The notes: generated from the sequence alone by a model not told the origin. A stretch of DNA of 62,192 nt, filler included, from an uncultured bacterium (GCA_964371695.1; 13 parts of 13 records of this genome joined end to end with filler, not necessarily neighbours in it), one strand, 5' to 3'. Positions 27,235 through 38,000 are shown, numbered from the whole stretch's first letter. Made by a program: numbers and translations.

Positions 27235-28940
27235 TACACCATCCCCAGCTTGAACTCAAAGGTGTTCACGGTGAAATCGCGAAAGCCGTCGCGCTTGAAC
27301 TTGAAGGCGTATTCGCGGTCGTTTTCGATATCCAGCGTGGTGTAGCCGAAAGTCCAGTTTTCCTTGTCGCTGCGTGCGCCCTGTGTGTCCTTGAAGCTGT
27401 ATTGCAGGCTGGCGTCTGACCACTCATCCAGCGAATAGGAAAAGTTGATGCTGGATTCGTTGAAGCGCGAAAGGGTTTTCTGGCCAAAGCGCTTGAACTT
27501 GGTTTTGATGGTGAGCGCGTCGCTCATGTCGGTGTCTGCAGAAAACTCCCACTGGCGTTTGTCCTGGTTGGGGGCCTTGAGCTTGTCGCGGGTTTCGTCG
27601 AGATATTTCAGTTTCACGCGGTGAATGCCCATGTCGTCCTGCACCTGGATGTCGTTCATGTTCACGTTGAGTTTGTCACCGGTGCTCTTGAGGGATTTGT
27701 CGGTGAACTTGTAGGCCACCTTCATTTTGGGCCGGGCGGCGGGCAGGGGCACAAGGTTGAAAATGATGGGCACTTCCTCGGTGCGGTTGTTGAAAAAGTC
27801 CCGGTCCTTGTAGCCCACCGTGATGTCCATCCGTTTGCTGAACACCCATTTCAGGCTGGCCTTGCTTTCTTTTTTACCGGGGGTGGCGTTGCCGCCCAGG
27901 GTGTCAAAGTTCAGATCGGTGTATTCATAACCACCCTTGAACAGATAGTTGGCCTTTTTCTTTTTCAGGTTGAAGAGATAGGCGTCGCCGGGGCCGAGGT
28001 GGTTGGTCCAGCTTTTGACATATTCGCCGTCCCATTTGTAAAACTTTTTGGTGCCGCCCTCAAAACTGAAACTGGCCACGGAGTTTTTTTCGGTGAACGC
28101 CGCCCCCAGGCTGGGGCGGTCGTCGTAGGTATACATCCACTGCACGGCAAAGGTGCGCTCTTTGGCCGGGTTGACTTTTTTGAATTGCGCGCCGTAGTGG
28201 GCGCGGTGTATGCCCGTGGCCTTGGAGAGCTGGTTGTCCCGGCCAAACAAAAGCAGCAGGCTGGTTTTGCGGTTGTTCAGCAGCAGGCTTGCACCCTCCA
28301 GCTTTTTGCTGTTGAAGGTGTAGTCGGTGAACTTGGGCAGAATGTTCCACAGGTCCAGCGTGTATTGCTTGGTGATGAAACCCAGGTTCACGCGGTCAAT
28401 CAGCCACGAGGGCTCGTTGAGTTTGGTGCTGTGGTTGGCGCCAAAGCCCGCCACCACTTGGCCCGGTTGTTCGCCGTCTTCGTTGAAATCTCCAAAGCCG
28501 CCCACGCCGCGGATGCTGATGTTTTCATCCAGGTAACGTTGCTCCGGTTCAAAACTCTTGTTGGCGTCGCCGGTGACCTGGGTGTCGGTGAGCAGCGTGG
28601 TGAACTCCCCTGTAAAACCGATGCTGAAGCTTTCCACCACCGAACTGAAGGTGATGGCCAGGGGCATCTCGCCGATTTCATCGGTGGTCAGTGAGCCGGA
28701 GAGATCCCCCGATGGCGAAAGCGCGGCGTCGCCCGCAGCAGAGGCCGAGGGCGAGAGGCCCTCGCCTGTGGTGGCGGCAGAGGGCGAGAGTCCTTCATCA
28801 ACCGCAGCGGCGGAAGGCGTGAGGGGGGCCGCCGATGGGGCGGCTTCCGCCGGGGCTGGGGTGGGCGCGGCGGATTTTTCCAGTGCGGCGGGTTTTTTCA
28901 GCGTGTCCAGAATGTCGTGGTCTTTTCCCCAGGGCTGGCC
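27231..28940 (-). CDS. Outer-membrane beta-barrel protein with a Pro/Ala/Ser linker (5' truncated)
   Basis: Frame open to the contig edge; linker repeats EGLSPSA; alternating beta pattern; C-terminal FEFKLGMVY. Confidence 0.65.
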   Translation of the reverse strand, partial: GQPWGKDHDILDTLKKPAALEKSAAPTPAPAEAAPSAAPLTPSAAAVDEGLSPSAATTGEGLSPSASAAGDAALSPSGDLSGSLTTDEIGEMPLAITFSSVVESFSIGFTGEFTTLLTDTQVTGDANKSFEPEQRYLDENISIRGVGGFGDFNEDGEQPGQVVAGFGANHSTKLNEPSWLIDRVNLGFITKQYTLDLWNILPKFTDYTFNSKKLEGASLLLNNRKTSLLLLFGRDNQLSKATGIHRAHYGAQFKKVNPAKERTFAVQWMYTYDDRPSLGAAFTEKNSVASFSFEGGTKKFYKWDGEYVKSWTNHLGPGDAYLFNLKKKKANYLFKGGYEYTDLNFDTLGGNATPGKKESKASLKWVFSKRMDITVGYKDRDFFNNRTEEVPIIFNLVPLPAARPKMKVAYKFTDKSLKSTGDKLNVNMNDIQVQDDMGIHRVKLKYLDETRDKLKAPNQDKRQWEFSADTDMSDALTIKTKFKRFGQKTLSRFNESSINFSYSLDEWSDASLQYSFKDTQGARSDKENWTFGYTTLDIENDREYAFKFKRDGFRDFTVNTFEFKLGMVY

Positions 28941-29040
28941 NNNNNNNNNNNNNNNNNNNNNNNNNNNNNNNNNNNNNNNNNNNNTTAATTAATTAANNNN
29001 NNNNNNNNNNNNNNNNNNNNNNNNNNNNNNNNNNNNNNNN

Positions 29041-29472
29041 CGTTTGCAGCACCTGGGCGCTGGAGAGGTAATAAACCATGCCGGATCCCTGCAGCAGCGC
29101 CAGCACCATGGTGAGATAACGGGTGTATTTGGCCAGTTCACGGCGACCCGGTTCACCCTCTTTGGCCAGTTCGGCAAAGCGGGGATAAACCACCTGCATG
29201 AGCTGCATGATGATGCTGGCGTTGATGTAAGGCCCAATGCCCATGGCGAACACGCTGAAACGCTTGAGCGAGCCGCCGGTGAGCATGTCCAGGAACCCCA
29301 CCAGCGCGCCGCCAGAAAGCACCTCGGCCAGCTTGTCGGGGTTCACCACCGGAATGGCCACGTGCGCGCCCACGGCATAAACCGTGAACATGGCCAGCAT
29401 GAACAACATGCGTTTGCGGAGGTCTGGCAGACTCCAGGCCGCGAGAACGGTATTCAGCAGTGAGGCGCCCAC
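29041..29472 (-). CDS. secY: Preprotein translocase SecY (3' truncated)
   Basis: DLRKRMLF, FSVFAMGIGPYINASIIMQL, EGEPGRR...TRYLT. Confidence 0.96.
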
Positions 29473-29477
29473 GATAC

Positions 29478-30011
29478 TCAGGCGCTCTTGGCCTCGGCGG
29501 TTTTACCGTTGCGAAACACGTCTTCCAGAATTTCCACCTTGCCCCCGGCTTTTTCCACCTTGGTCTTGGCGCCTTCGCTGATGGCGTGACACTGAATGGT
29601 GAGGGGGCGGGAAATGTCGCCATAACCCAGCACCTTCAGCCGGTAATACTTCTGGCTTTTCTTGATTTTCACGATGCCCGCCTCGATGAGGGTGGGGATG
29701 GAAATATCATTCAGCGTGGAGGCTTCCAGCCGCTGGAGATTCACCGCCAGCACCGGGGCCTTGGGGCGGGGCTTGAAGCCCTTGAGCTTGGGCACCCGGC
29801 GGTGAAGGGGCAACTGGCCGCCTTCAAAAAGGGGCGGCGGCGCACCACCGCTGCGGGCCTTCTGGCCCTTCTGGCCCTTGCCGCTGGTTTTGCCCCAGCC
29901 AGAACCGGGGCCACGCCCCAAGCGCTTGCGGGACTTGTTGCCCGGTTTGGTGGCCAGACGGGAAAGATCCAGCCCCGCCTTTTTGGATTTGTCTTTGGTT
30001 TCTTCTGACAT
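29478..30011 (-). CDS. rplO: 50S ribosomal protein L15
   Basis: KRLGRGPGSGWGKTSGKGQKGQKARSG, FEGGQLPL. Confidence 0.96.
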   Translation of the reverse strand: MSEETKDKSKKAGLDLSRLATKPGNKSRKRLGRGPGSGWGKTSGKGQKGQKARSGGAPPPLFEGGQLPLHRRVPKLKGFKPRPKAPVLAVNLQRLEASTLNDISIPTLIEAGIVKIKKSQKYYRLKVLGYGDISRPLTIQCHAISEGAKTKVEKAGGKVEILEDVFRNGKTAEAKSA

Positions 30012-30037
30012 GGCTTTTCCTTTGCCTGGGCTTTGTT

Positions 30038-30607
30038 TCAGCCGGCCTGTTTTTCGGCGTCGGGTTTCACGCGGCCCCGCAGGGTGCGAAGCTGCTCGGG
30101 AGAGCGTTGCTGCATCAGGCCCAGAATGGTGGCCTTGGCGCTGTTGACGGGATTGGTGGAGCCAAGGTTTTTGGTGAGAACGTCCTTGACGCCTGCGGCT
30201 TCAAGCACTTGGCGCACAGCACCGCCAGCGATCACGCCCGTACCCTTGCTGGCGGGTTTCATGAGCACCATGGCCCCGGCATAGCGCACCTGGGCGGGGT
30301 GAAAAAGCGTGGTGTCGTTCAGGGGAATGGTGAACATGTTCTTGCGTGCGTTCACGATGCCTTTGGCGATGGCCATGGGCACCTCCTTGGCTTTGCCAAA
30401 TCCCAGGCCCACAACACCTTTGCCATTGCCCACCACCACCAGGGCGCTGAAGCTGAACCGGCGGCCACCCTTCACCACTTTGGCGCAGCGGTTGATGAAA
30501 ATCACTTTTTCCACCAAGCCATCGTGGCCAAACGAGTCAGCGGGCACAGCGATATCGTGGCTGGGGCGCAGCTTGTAGTTGGTGGTTTGTTGGGTTCTCA
30601 TTGACAT
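30038..30607 (-). CDS. rpsE: 30S ribosomal protein S5
   Basis: NRCAKVVKGGRRFSFSALVVVG, GTGVIAGG. Confidence 0.97.
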   Translation of the reverse strand: MSMRTQQTTNYKLRPSHDIAVPADSFGHDGLVEKVIFINRCAKVVKGGRRFSFSALVVVGNGKGVVGLGFGKAKEVPMAIAKGIVNARKNMFTIPLNDTTLFHPAQVRYAGAMVLMKPASKGTGVIAGGAVRQVLEAAGVKDVLTKNLGSTNPVNSAKATILGLMQQRSPEQLRTLRGRVKPDAEKQAG

Positions 30608-30970
30608 TTAAAAAACCAATCCTTTCTCCCTGGCGGCGTCCGCAAACGCCTTGACACGTCCGTGATACTTGTAGCCACCCCGGTCGAACACCACCTGCTC
30701 CACGCCCTTGGCTTTGGCGCGTTCGGCAATGAGTTCGCCCAGTTGCTTGGCGTATTCCTGATTTTTGGCGGTATCGCCTGGGTGGGTAAAGGTTTTTTCC
30801 TGCGTGGTGGCGCTCACCAGGGTCTTGCCGGTCACGTCGTCCACAATCTGGCATGACAGATAACGCAGGCTGCGGTAAAAACACAGGCGCGGGCGGGCCG
30901 GGGTGCCCGACACCTTTTTCCTCACCCGTTTGTGCCGCATCTCGCGGCTTTCTTCTCTTGAACGCGCCAT
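30608..30970 (-). CDS. rplR: 50S ribosomal protein L18
   Basis: [24 protein letters not shown]. Confidence 0.97.
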   Translation of the reverse strand: MARSREESREMRHKRVRKKVSGTPARPRLCFYRSLRYLSCQIVDDVTGKTLVSATTQEKTFTHPGDTAKNQEYAKQLGELIAERAKAKGVEQVVFDRGGYKYHGRVKAFADAAREKGLVF

Positions 30971-30984
30971 GTCGGTTTGCCTCC

Positions 30985-31542
30985 TTATTTCTTCCCGGAC
31001 TTGCCTTGTTTGAGGGTCACGCGTTCGCCTTCATAACGCACGCCCTTGCCCTTGTAGGGTTCCACGGGGCGCAGGGCGCGCATTTTTGCTGCGGTCTGAC
31101 CCACCACCTGTTTGTCCGCACCACGAATCACCAGGGCGCGGCCCGTTTTGTCCACTTCCACCTCAATGCCCACCGGGGTGTTGAACACCACGTCGTGGCT
31201 GTAACCCAACTGGAACTTCACATCCTTGCCCTGCAGGGCGGCGCGATAACCCACGCCTTCGATGGTGAGCTTGCGCTCAAACCCCGCCGACACGCCTTGC
31301 ACCATGTTGCCGATGAGGCTGCGGTAAAGCCCCTGAAAAGCCCTGGCGCTGACGCCGAGGGGTTGCACCACAACCTTGTCGTCTTCCACCTTCACCGTCA
31401 CCGCTTCGGTGCGGAAGGTTTGTGTCAGAGTTCCCTTGGGGCCTTTCACCGACACGGTGTCACCCGTCACGGAAACAGTCACCCCCTTGGGAATGGTGAC
31501 CGGAACTTTTCCGATTCGGCTCTGAAGATTTTGCTGGGCCAT
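30985..31542 (-). CDS. rplF: 50S ribosomal protein L6
   Basis: [32 protein letters not shown]. Confidence 0.97.
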   Translation of the reverse strand: MAQQNLQSRIGKVPVTIPKGVTVSVTGDTVSVKGPKGTLTQTFRTEAVTVKVEDDKVVVQPLGVSARAFQGLYRSLIGNMVQGVSAGFERKLTIEGVGYRAALQGKDVKFQLGYSHDVVFNTPVGIEVEVDKTGRALVIRGADKQVVGQTAAKMRALRPVEPYKGKGVRYEGERVTLKQGKSGKK

Positions 31543-31570
31543 GATTTGCTCCTTTGTCGCACTGGCTGGA

Positions 31571-31960
31571 TCACCAGATTTCGCAAAGCACCTCGCCGCC
31601 CACGCCCAGGTTGCGCGCTTCGCGGTCGGTCAGAATGCCCTTGCTGGTGGAAAGCACGCAAATGCCCATGCCGCCCATCACAAAGGGAATGTCTTCTTTG
31701 CCTGCATAAACCCGGCGGCCCGGAGAAGAAACGCGGCGCAGGCCGCGAATGGCGGGCTGGCGGCCCCCCGCATAACGCAGGGTGAGACTCAGGCGCGCCT
31801 TGGCGCTTTCGTCCACCGCCACGTCATCCAGAAAACCTTCGCGCTTCATGATTTCTGCGATGCGCTGCTTGATTTTGCTGGCCGGCACGCTCATCTGGTT
31901 TTTCTGCACCAGAAGGGCGTTACGGATTTCACAAAGCATATTGCCGATGGGATCAGTCAT
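31571..31960 (-). CDS. rpsH: 30S ribosomal protein S8
   Basis: [36 protein letters not shown]. Confidence 0.97.
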   Translation of the reverse strand: MTDPIGNMLCEIRNALLVQKNQMSVPASKIKQRIAEIMKREGFLDDVAVDESAKARLSLTLRYAGGRQPAIRGLRRVSSPGRRVYAGKEDIPFVMGGMGICVLSTSKGILTDREARNLGVGGEVLCEIW

Positions 31961-31970
31961 GGGTTTCTCC

Positions 31971-32156
31971 TTACCAACTCGCCTTGGTCACGCCGGGAAT
32001 CATGCCCCGGTGCGCCAGTTCCCGAAAACAAATGCGGCATACACCGAACTTGCGGTAAACGCCTTTGCTGCGGCCGCACCGCACACAGCGGTTCAGCCGC
32101 CGCACAGGAAACTTCGGGGCGTCGTTGATGATGACCATTTTGCATTTTTTTGCCAT
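31971..32156 (-). CDS. rpsN: 30S ribosomal protein S14, short Zn-binding type
   Basis: 61 aa; RCVRCGR...CRICFRE...IPGVTKASW. Confidence 0.97.
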   Translation of the reverse strand: MAKKCKMVIINDAPKFPVRRLNRCVRCGRSKGVYRKFGVCRICFRELAHRGMIPGVTKASW

Positions 32157-32179
32157 AACGGATTCCTTTGCTTTTGCCC

Positions 32180-32752
32180 TTATGCGCCCTGGGCCTGGGG
32201 TTGTGTTTCGCGCTTGCGGAACGGCATGCCGATTTCCTTGAGCAGGTCATAGGCTTCGTCGTCGGTGCGGGCGGAGGTGGTGATGCAGATGTCCATGCCC
32301 CGCAGTCGGTCAATCTTGTCATAACTGATTTCGGGGAAGATCACCTGTTCGCGCACACCCAGGGTGTAATTGCCCCGGCCGTCAAAGGCCCTGAAGCTGA
32401 TGCCGTTGAAATCGCGGATGCGGGGCAGCGCCACGCTCACCAGCTTGTCGAGGAAGTGATACATGCGGTCGCCCCGCAGCGTCACCTTCACCCCGATGGG
32501 GTTGCCCTCGCGGGTTTTGTAGGTGCTGATGGCTTTTTTGGCCCGCGTCACCACGGGTTTCTGGCCCGCGATGGCGGTCATGTCCAGCACCGCCGCGTCA
32601 ATCAGTTTCTGATCTGCCGCGCCGCCGCCCACGCCCATGTTCAGCGTGATTTTGGTCACCTTGGGCACTTCCATGATGTTGCGGTAACCCCGCTGCTCTT
32701 TCAGCTTGGGGGCGATTTCGGCGTCATACCGCTCCTTGAGTCTGCTTTTCAT
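32180..32752 (-). CDS. rplE: 50S ribosomal protein L5
   Basis: [40 protein letters not shown]. Confidence 0.97.
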   Translation of the reverse strand: MKSRLKERYDAEIAPKLKEQRGYRNIMEVPKVTKITLNMGVGGGAADQKLIDAAVLDMTAIAGQKPVVTRAKKAISTYKTREGNPIGVKVTLRGDRMYHFLDKLVSVALPRIRDFNGISFRAFDGRGNYTLGVREQVIFPEISYDKIDRLRGMDICITTSARTDDEAYDLLKEIGMPFRKRETQPQAQGA

Positions 32753-33078
32753 GACTTCACCTTCCGCTTGCTGGGTTTGACCACGCGCACTTTTTCTCCC
32801 GTGTCGGCGTCTACCTTGAAACCCACCCGGCCCGGCTTGCCTGTTTTGGGGTCCACCAGCATGAGGTTGCTCAACTGGATGGGCATGGGTTTCTCCACCA
32901 GTCCGCCGGTCTGGCTGCGCTGGGGGTCGGCCTTCTGGGCTTTCTTGGCGATATTCACGCCCTCAACAATGGCTTTGCCCTTGCCGGGGATAACTTCCAG
33001 CACCTTGCCCTTTTTGCCTTTGTCCTTGCCGGTGATGACCAGCACGTTGTCGCTTTTCCTGATTTTCGCCATGCTCAT
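32749..33078 (-). CDS. rplX: 50S ribosomal protein L24
   Basis: [31 protein letters not shown]. Confidence 0.96.
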   Translation of the reverse strand: MSMAKIRKSDNVLVITGKDKGKKGKVLEVIPGKGKAIVEGVNIAKKAQKADPQRSQTGGLVEKPMPIQLSNLMLVDPKTGKPGRVGFKVDADTGEKVRVVKPSKRKVKS

Positions 33079-33446
33079 CAGACCACCTCCGGCGCAAGCG
33101 AAACGATTTTCATGAAGTTTTTGCGGCGCAGCTCACGGGCCACGGGGCCGAACACGCGGGTGCCCTTGGGGTTCTGGTTGTCGTCAATGAGCACGGCGGC
33201 GTTGTCGTCAAAACGGATGAAGCTGCCGTCGGCGCGGCGGTGGGTTTTGGCCACCCGCACCACCACGGCCTTCACCACGGTGCCTTTTTTCACGGGGCTG
33301 TTGGGAATGGTGCGCTTCACGCTGCACACCACAATGTCGCCCAGGCCGGCATAGCGCCGCCCCGTGCCGCCCAGCACCTTGATGCACATGAGTTCCCGCG
33401 CCCCGGTGTTGTCCGCCACGGTCAAACGGGTTTGCTGCTGAATCAT
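33078..33446 (-). CDS. rplN: 50S ribosomal protein L14
   Basis: [35 protein letters not shown]. Confidence 0.98.
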   Translation of the reverse strand: MIQQQTRLTVADNTGARELMCIKVLGGTGRRYAGLGDIVVCSVKRTIPNSPVKKGTVVKAVVVRVAKTHRRADGSFIRFDDNAAVLIDDNQNPKGTRVFGPVARELRRKNFMKIVSLAPEVV

Positions 33447-33706
33447 CCCTGGTTCTCCTTCGCCCGTTCCACAATGCTCAGCATTGTCCAGCGTTTGAGC
33501 TTGCTCAGCGGTTTGGACTCCACAATGCGCACCACGTCTCCGGCCTGGGTCTGGGTCTGTTCATCATGCACGTAAACCCGTTTGTGGCGGCTGATGGTCT
33601 TTTTGTAGAGGGGGTGCAGTTTGCGATTTTCGATGAGCACCACGCGGGTTTTGTCCATCTTGGCGCTCACCACCGTGCCCTGGCGCACCTTGCGGCGGGT
33701 CTGGTG
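33443..33706 (-). CDS. rpsQ: 30S ribosomal protein S17 (5' truncated)
   Basis: [38 protein letters not shown]. Confidence 0.96.
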   Translation of the reverse strand, partial: HQTRRKVRQGTVVSAKMDKTRVVLIENRKLHPLYKKTISRHKRVYVHDEQTQTQAGDVVRIVESKPLSKLKRWTMLSIVERAKENQG

Positions 33707-33808
33707 NNNNNNNNNNNNNNNNNNNNNNNNNNNNNNNNNNNNNNNNNNNNTTAATTAATTAANNNNNNNNNNNNNNNNNNNNNNNNNNNNNNNNNNNNNN
33801 NNNNNNTA

Positions 33809-34168
33809 AAGAATATGGCCTTTCGTTCCCAATCGTCGAGCAAAAACGCCCAGGCGCGGGAGCAATACGCCTATCTGCTGGCCAAGGCCCCCAGCGACCT
33901 GAGAGACCGCGCCCGCACCTCCATGGGTGTGGCCCAGTTGCGCGAGGGCAACGAAAAAGCGGGCGTGGACACACTGGTGAGCTTGATCAAACACACCAAA
34001 GACCCCCACGTGCGGGCCGACGTGCGTTTTTTGCTGGCCCGGCATTTTGAACAGGGCAACAACCCCGAACAGGCCCGCGCCTTTTATCACCTGCTGCTGG
34101 ACGACCCCCGCCACAAGGCCTTTGCCACACTGGCCCTGGAGCGCCTGAAACAGCAGGAAGGGCAGTGA
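33809..34168 (+). CDS. TPR-like helical repeat protein, C-terminal part
   Basis: AREQYAYLL..P, FLLARHFEQ..ARAFYHLLL..P helical repeats. Confidence 0.6.
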   Translation, partial: KNMAFRSQSSSKNAQAREQYAYLLAKAPSDLRDRARTSMGVAQLREGNEKAGVDTLVSLIKHTKDPHVRADVRFLLARHFEQGNNPEQARAFYHLLLDDPRHKAFATLALERLKQQEGQ

Positions 34169-34170
34169 TC

Positions 34171-34271
34171 GAGGAAGCCGGAAGCTGGGCGTTGGCGGTC
34201 TGAAAAAGAGAAAAGCCCCGTCTGGGCCGTCCAACTTCCAATCTCCAGCCTTCAGCTTCCGTTCTCACCCG
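34171..34271. repeat. Inverted heptamer tandem arrays between convergent genes
   Basis: TCCAACT-TCCAATC-TCCAGCC-TTCAGCT-TCCGTTC-TCACCCG (34230-34271), with complementary units at 34171-34195. Confidence 0.55.
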
Positions 34272-34293
34272 CAAGAAAGGGTGGTCCCCAAAC

Positions 34294-36096
34294 CTATTTC
34301 TTGCCCTGTCGTTTGCGGTCGTGCTCGCTCAACAGGCGTTTGCGCAGGCGGATGGTTTTGGGTGTTACCTCGACATATTCGTCTTCCTGCACATATTGAA
34401 TGGCCTGCTCCAGCGTCATGTCCACCGGCGGCGTGAGCTTGATGGCGTCATCAGAGCCGGAGGCCCGGATGTTGGTGAGCTTCTTCTCTTTCAGCGGGTT
34501 CACCACCAGGTCGTTGCCCTGGTTGTATTCCCCCACGATCATGCCCTCGTAGACCTCTGCACCCGGCGCGATGAACAGCGGGCCGCGCTCTTGCAGATTG
34601 AACAGGGCATAACCCACTGCTGCGCCCGTGGCCCCGCTGATCATGCTGCCCGCCTGACGCCGGCGGATCTCGCCCCGGTGGGGGCCGTAGTGCGAAAAGG
34701 TGGAATAAAACACACCCTCGCCCTTGGTGAGGATGAGAAACGGATTGCGGAAACCCAAAAGGCCGCGGGTGGGGATCTCCGCCTCGACGATCGTGCGGCC
34801 GTTTTCGGTTTTCATGGCGGTGATGATGCCCTTGCGGATGCCCAGCATTTCGATCACCTTGCCACTCAGGTCTTCGGGCATGGTGAGCACCGCCTGCTCG
34901 ATGGGCTCGTGAAGTTTGCCGTCCACGTCTTTTACGATGACTTCGGGTTGTGTCACCTGAAGCTCAAAGCTCTCGCGGCGCATGTTTTCAATGAGCACCG
35001 ACAGGTGCATTTCGCCTCGGCCACTCACGCGGAACGCCTCGCCGCCCTCCTGGGGCACCTCAATGCGCAGGCCCACGTTGCTCTGGGCTTCTTTCTCCAG
35101 CCGGGCCTTGAGGTGGCGGCTGGTGACATATTTGCCCTCGCGCCCTGCAAAAGGTGAGTTGTTCACCAGAAACGTCATGGCCAGTGTGGGCGGATCCACC
35201 GCGATGGCGGGCAAGGGTTCGGCGTCGGCCTCTTTGGCGATGGTCTCGCCCACGTCGATGTCGTCAATGCCGCTGATGGCCACGATGTCGCCTGCGGCGA
35301 TTTCGCTGGCCTCTACCCGTTGAAGCCCGCGAAAGGTATACACCCGCCCCAGCCGGGCCTGCCGACGCACGCCGTCCAGGCCAATCACCGTGACGGACTG
35401 GTTGGTCTGGGCGCGGCCTTCCACCACCCGCCCCACCGCCAGGCGGCCCACATAGTTGTCGTAACTCAGGGTGGCGGGCTGCATGCGCAGGGGTTTGTCC
35501 ACCAGTTGCGGAGAAGCGGGCACATGTTCGAGGATGAACTCGAAAATCGGGTCAATGTTCACATGGGGGTCGTCCAGTTTGCGCAGGGCAATGCCCTGTT
35601 TGGCGATGGTGTAGAGATAGGGAAAATCGAGCTGTTCGTTGCTCGCGCCCAGGTTCGCAAACAGATCAAAGGTCAGGTTCAGCACTTCGTCAGGCCGGGC
35701 CTGGGGTTTGTCAATCTTGTTGATGACCACCAGCACCTTCAGACCCAGCGACAGCGCCTTGCCCAGCACAAAACGGGTCTGGGGCATGGGGCCTTCGGCG
35801 GCGTCCACCAGCAGCAGGCAGGCGTCCACGGTGCGCAACACACGCTCCACCTCACTGCCAAAGTCGGCGTGGCCGGGGGTGTCCACAATGTTGATCTTGT
35901 CTTCACCGAAATACACCGCTGCGTTTTTGGCGTAGATGGTGATTCCCCGCTCACGCTCCTGCGCGTCAGAGTCCATCACGCGCTCCTGCACCTGCTGGTG
36001 CGCGGCAAAAGCGCCGCCGCGTTTGAGCAGGGCGTCCACGAGCGTGGTTTTGCCGTGGTCCACGTGAGCGATGATGGCGATGTTGCGAATGGTCAT
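34294..36096 (-). CDS. typA: Translational GTPase TypA/BipA
   Basis: IRNIAIIAHVDHGKTTLVD, ERERGITI, DTPGHADFG, NKID, EVTPKTIRLRK. Confidence 0.98.
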   Translation of the reverse strand: MTIRNIAIIAHVDHGKTTLVDALLKRGGAFAAHQQVQERVMDSDAQERERGITIYAKNAAVYFGEDKINIVDTPGHADFGSEVERVLRTVDACLLLVDAAEGPMPQTRFVLGKALSLGLKVLVVINKIDKPQARPDEVLNLTFDLFANLGASNEQLDFPYLYTIAKQGIALRKLDDPHVNIDPIFEFILEHVPASPQLVDKPLRMQPATLSYDNYVGRLAVGRVVEGRAQTNQSVTVIGLDGVRRQARLGRVYTFRGLQRVEASEIAAGDIVAISGIDDIDVGETIAKEADAEPLPAIAVDPPTLAMTFLVNNSPFAGREGKYVTSRHLKARLEKEAQSNVGLRIEVPQEGGEAFRVSGRGEMHLSVLIENMRRESFELQVTQPEVIVKDVDGKLHEPIEQAVLTMPEDLSGKVIEMLGIRKGIITAMKTENGRTIVEAEIPTRGLLGFRNPFLILTKGEGVFYSTFSHYGPHRGEIRRRQAGSMISGATGAAVGYALFNLQERGPLFIAPGAEVYEGMIVGEYNQGNDLVVNPLKEKKLTNIRASGSDDAIKLTPPVDMTLEQAIQYVQEDEYVEVTPKTIRLRKRLLSEHDRKRQGKK

Positions 36097-36202
36097 TGTT
36101 TCTCCCGGCCCTTCCGGGCTGCGCAGGATAACAAATGAAACGGGAGGTTTCAGGAAACAGAAAAACCCGGCAACTCACCGGCCCCGCTCCGCTGCGAACG
36201 GC

Positions 36203-37267
36203 TCAGCCTGACTTTGCCTTCAACGGCCCGGCGGCCCCCAGGTGTTTGCGGGCGTAATGCAGCATCACCAGAAAAGCCACAAAACCCGCCAGTGTGGCCC
36301 AGTGAAACGTCACCGTGCGCCAGAGCAGGGTGAAATCCCCCACACTCATTTTTCCGTCCAGCATGGGTCCGAGAAACTTGGCGCTCAGGGCCTCTGCCGC
36401 CCCCGCGCCACCGGGGGTGGGGCTGAGGCTCACCAGCAGCAGCACCACACCGGCGCGGGCGGTGAACTCCATCCAGTGGGGGTCGCCTCCGTGCATCAGG
36501 GTAAACAGCAGGGGCGCGCTGGCCATATAAATAAGGTGATACATCCAGGTCATGAGCAGCACCAGCAGCGTGACGGGCACGGGAATGCGCAGCAGGCTGC
36601 CCATGGCCGGGGGAATGTCGCGCAGTGATTCCACCATGTGAGCCGCCAGTTTGTTTTTCGAGCCGGTGAGCACGCGGTTTTTTTCCAGCTTGCCGCCCTT
36701 CCAGAACACCAGCACCAATATGCCCACCATGGCCAGCAGATAAAGCGCGGGCGCCAGAATGAGGCCCGTTTCGCCGCTCAGCCACAAAAACACCACCACC
36801 CCCAGCGCCAGCGTGAGCTGGGCGAACACGCCGCCAATGGCGAACACCGCGCCGCTCTCGCCGGTGGAGACCCCCAGCAGGGCGAAGTAGGCCATCTGCA
36901 ACGGCGCGCCCCCGGCGGTGAAGGGCGTGATGTGGGCCATGAACAGGCCCCCGATGAACCCCAGCACCACCTGCGAACTGGCCACGCGGCTGCCCAGGGC
37001 GCGAAACAGAAACCAGTTGCGCACGCCCTCCACCACCCAGGCAAAGGCATAGAGTCCGGCGGGCGCGGCCACCGCCAGGGGCGTGAGGTGGCGGGTCATG
37101 GACTCCCACGACACCTCGGCCCCCATTTTGCCCAGCGCCACAAAGCCCAAAGCCGTGCAGCCCATCAGCACCAGAAACTGAAGCGCCACCAGCCGCCACG
37201 ACACCGTAAACCCAGCCGGTTCACTGGCGGGCGAATGCGTGTGTTTTTCCGGCGGGTGCTGGGTCAA
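36203..37267 (-). CDS. Lysylphosphatidylglycerol-synthase TM domain (UPF0104, flippase-like) membrane protein
   Basis: About 8 TM segments; FMAHITPFTAGGAP, SPTPGGAGAAE, LLWRTVTF. Confidence 0.85.
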   Translation of the reverse strand: MTQHPPEKHTHSPASEPAGFTVSWRLVALQFLVLMGCTALGFVALGKMGAEVSWESMTRHLTPLAVAAPAGLYAFAWVVEGVRNWFLFRALGSRVASSQVVLGFIGGLFMAHITPFTAGGAPLQMAYFALLGVSTGESGAVFAIGGVFAQLTLALGVVVFLWLSGETGLILAPALYLLAMVGILVLVFWKGGKLEKNRVLTGSKNKLAAHMVESLRDIPPAMGSLLRIPVPVTLLVLLMTWMYHLIYMASAPLLFTLMHGGDPHWMEFTARAGVVLLLVSLSPTPGGAGAAEALSAKFLGPMLDGKMSVGDFTLLWRTVTFHWATLAGFVAFLVMLHYARKHLGAAGPLKAKSG

Positions 37268-37277
37268 GGTTTTCCTT

Positions 37278-38000
37278 TCAGGTGGCCTCGGCCAGCACCG
37301 TTTCGCCGCCTGTCACGTGAATGCCCGGCTGCACCAGCACCCGGTGGTTGTCTCCCAAAATCAAGAGGTCCACCTGCGAGCCGCGCTCGATGAAACTCAC
37401 CTTGGTCCCCTGGGGCAAAAAGTCGCCCTCTTTCACAAACAGGCTCACCTTGTTCACGAAAATATCGGCGATTTCCACCATCACCACGCTCAGGGGAGAG
37501 CCTTTCAGCAATAGTGTCACCCGCTCGTTTTCAAAGTGATAACGGTTGCCGAACAGGTTCACCCAGTTGTTGAGCCACACAAAGTTGAGGTATTCCCACA
37601 GGTCCACCATGGGCAGGTTCAGCCGGGCGCGGGTCACGTGAATGGCCTGGATGGTGGCGGCCACGGGGGCGTAGTTGAAATGCACGTCCTTGGGACTCAT
37701 GTACACACCGATGAGTGTGCCGGTAACGGGCTGGGGCAGGTCCATCTTGAAAATTTCGGTGACGGGAATGGGTTTGCCCAGTTTGTTGGCCACCACCTGG
37801 CCATCCTGCACCCGGTAGCAATACATCACCTTGCCGTCACAGGCCGCCACCACCTTGCGGCTGTCGCCCGGCGCGTGACGCACCGGGTCGCGGTAGAAAA
37901 AAACCTTTTGCCAATACCACAAACCGGCGGCGGCAAGCAGGGCGAGAAACAACAGGGAGAAGGTGATGAACATGGTGTTGGGTCCTAATTTTCCCGCCAC
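37278..38000 (-). CDS. Phosphatidylserine decarboxylase-family proenzyme
   Basis: FFYRDPVR, AACDGKV, IGVYMSPKDVHFNYAP, ENER, RGSQVDL autocleavage motif; start 38000 or 37973. Confidence 0.85.
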   Translation of the reverse strand: MAGKLGPNTMFITFSLLFLALLAAAGLWYWQKVFFYRDPVRHAPGDSRKVVAACDGKVMYCYRVQDGQVVANKLGKPIPVTEIFKMDLPQPVTGTLIGVYMSPKDVHFNYAPVAATIQAIHVTRARLNLPMVDLWEYLNFVWLNNWVNLFGNRYHFENERVTLLLKGSPLSVVMVEIADIFVNKVSLFVKEGDFLPQGTKVSFIERGSQVDLLILGDNHRVLVQPGIHVTGGETVLAEAT

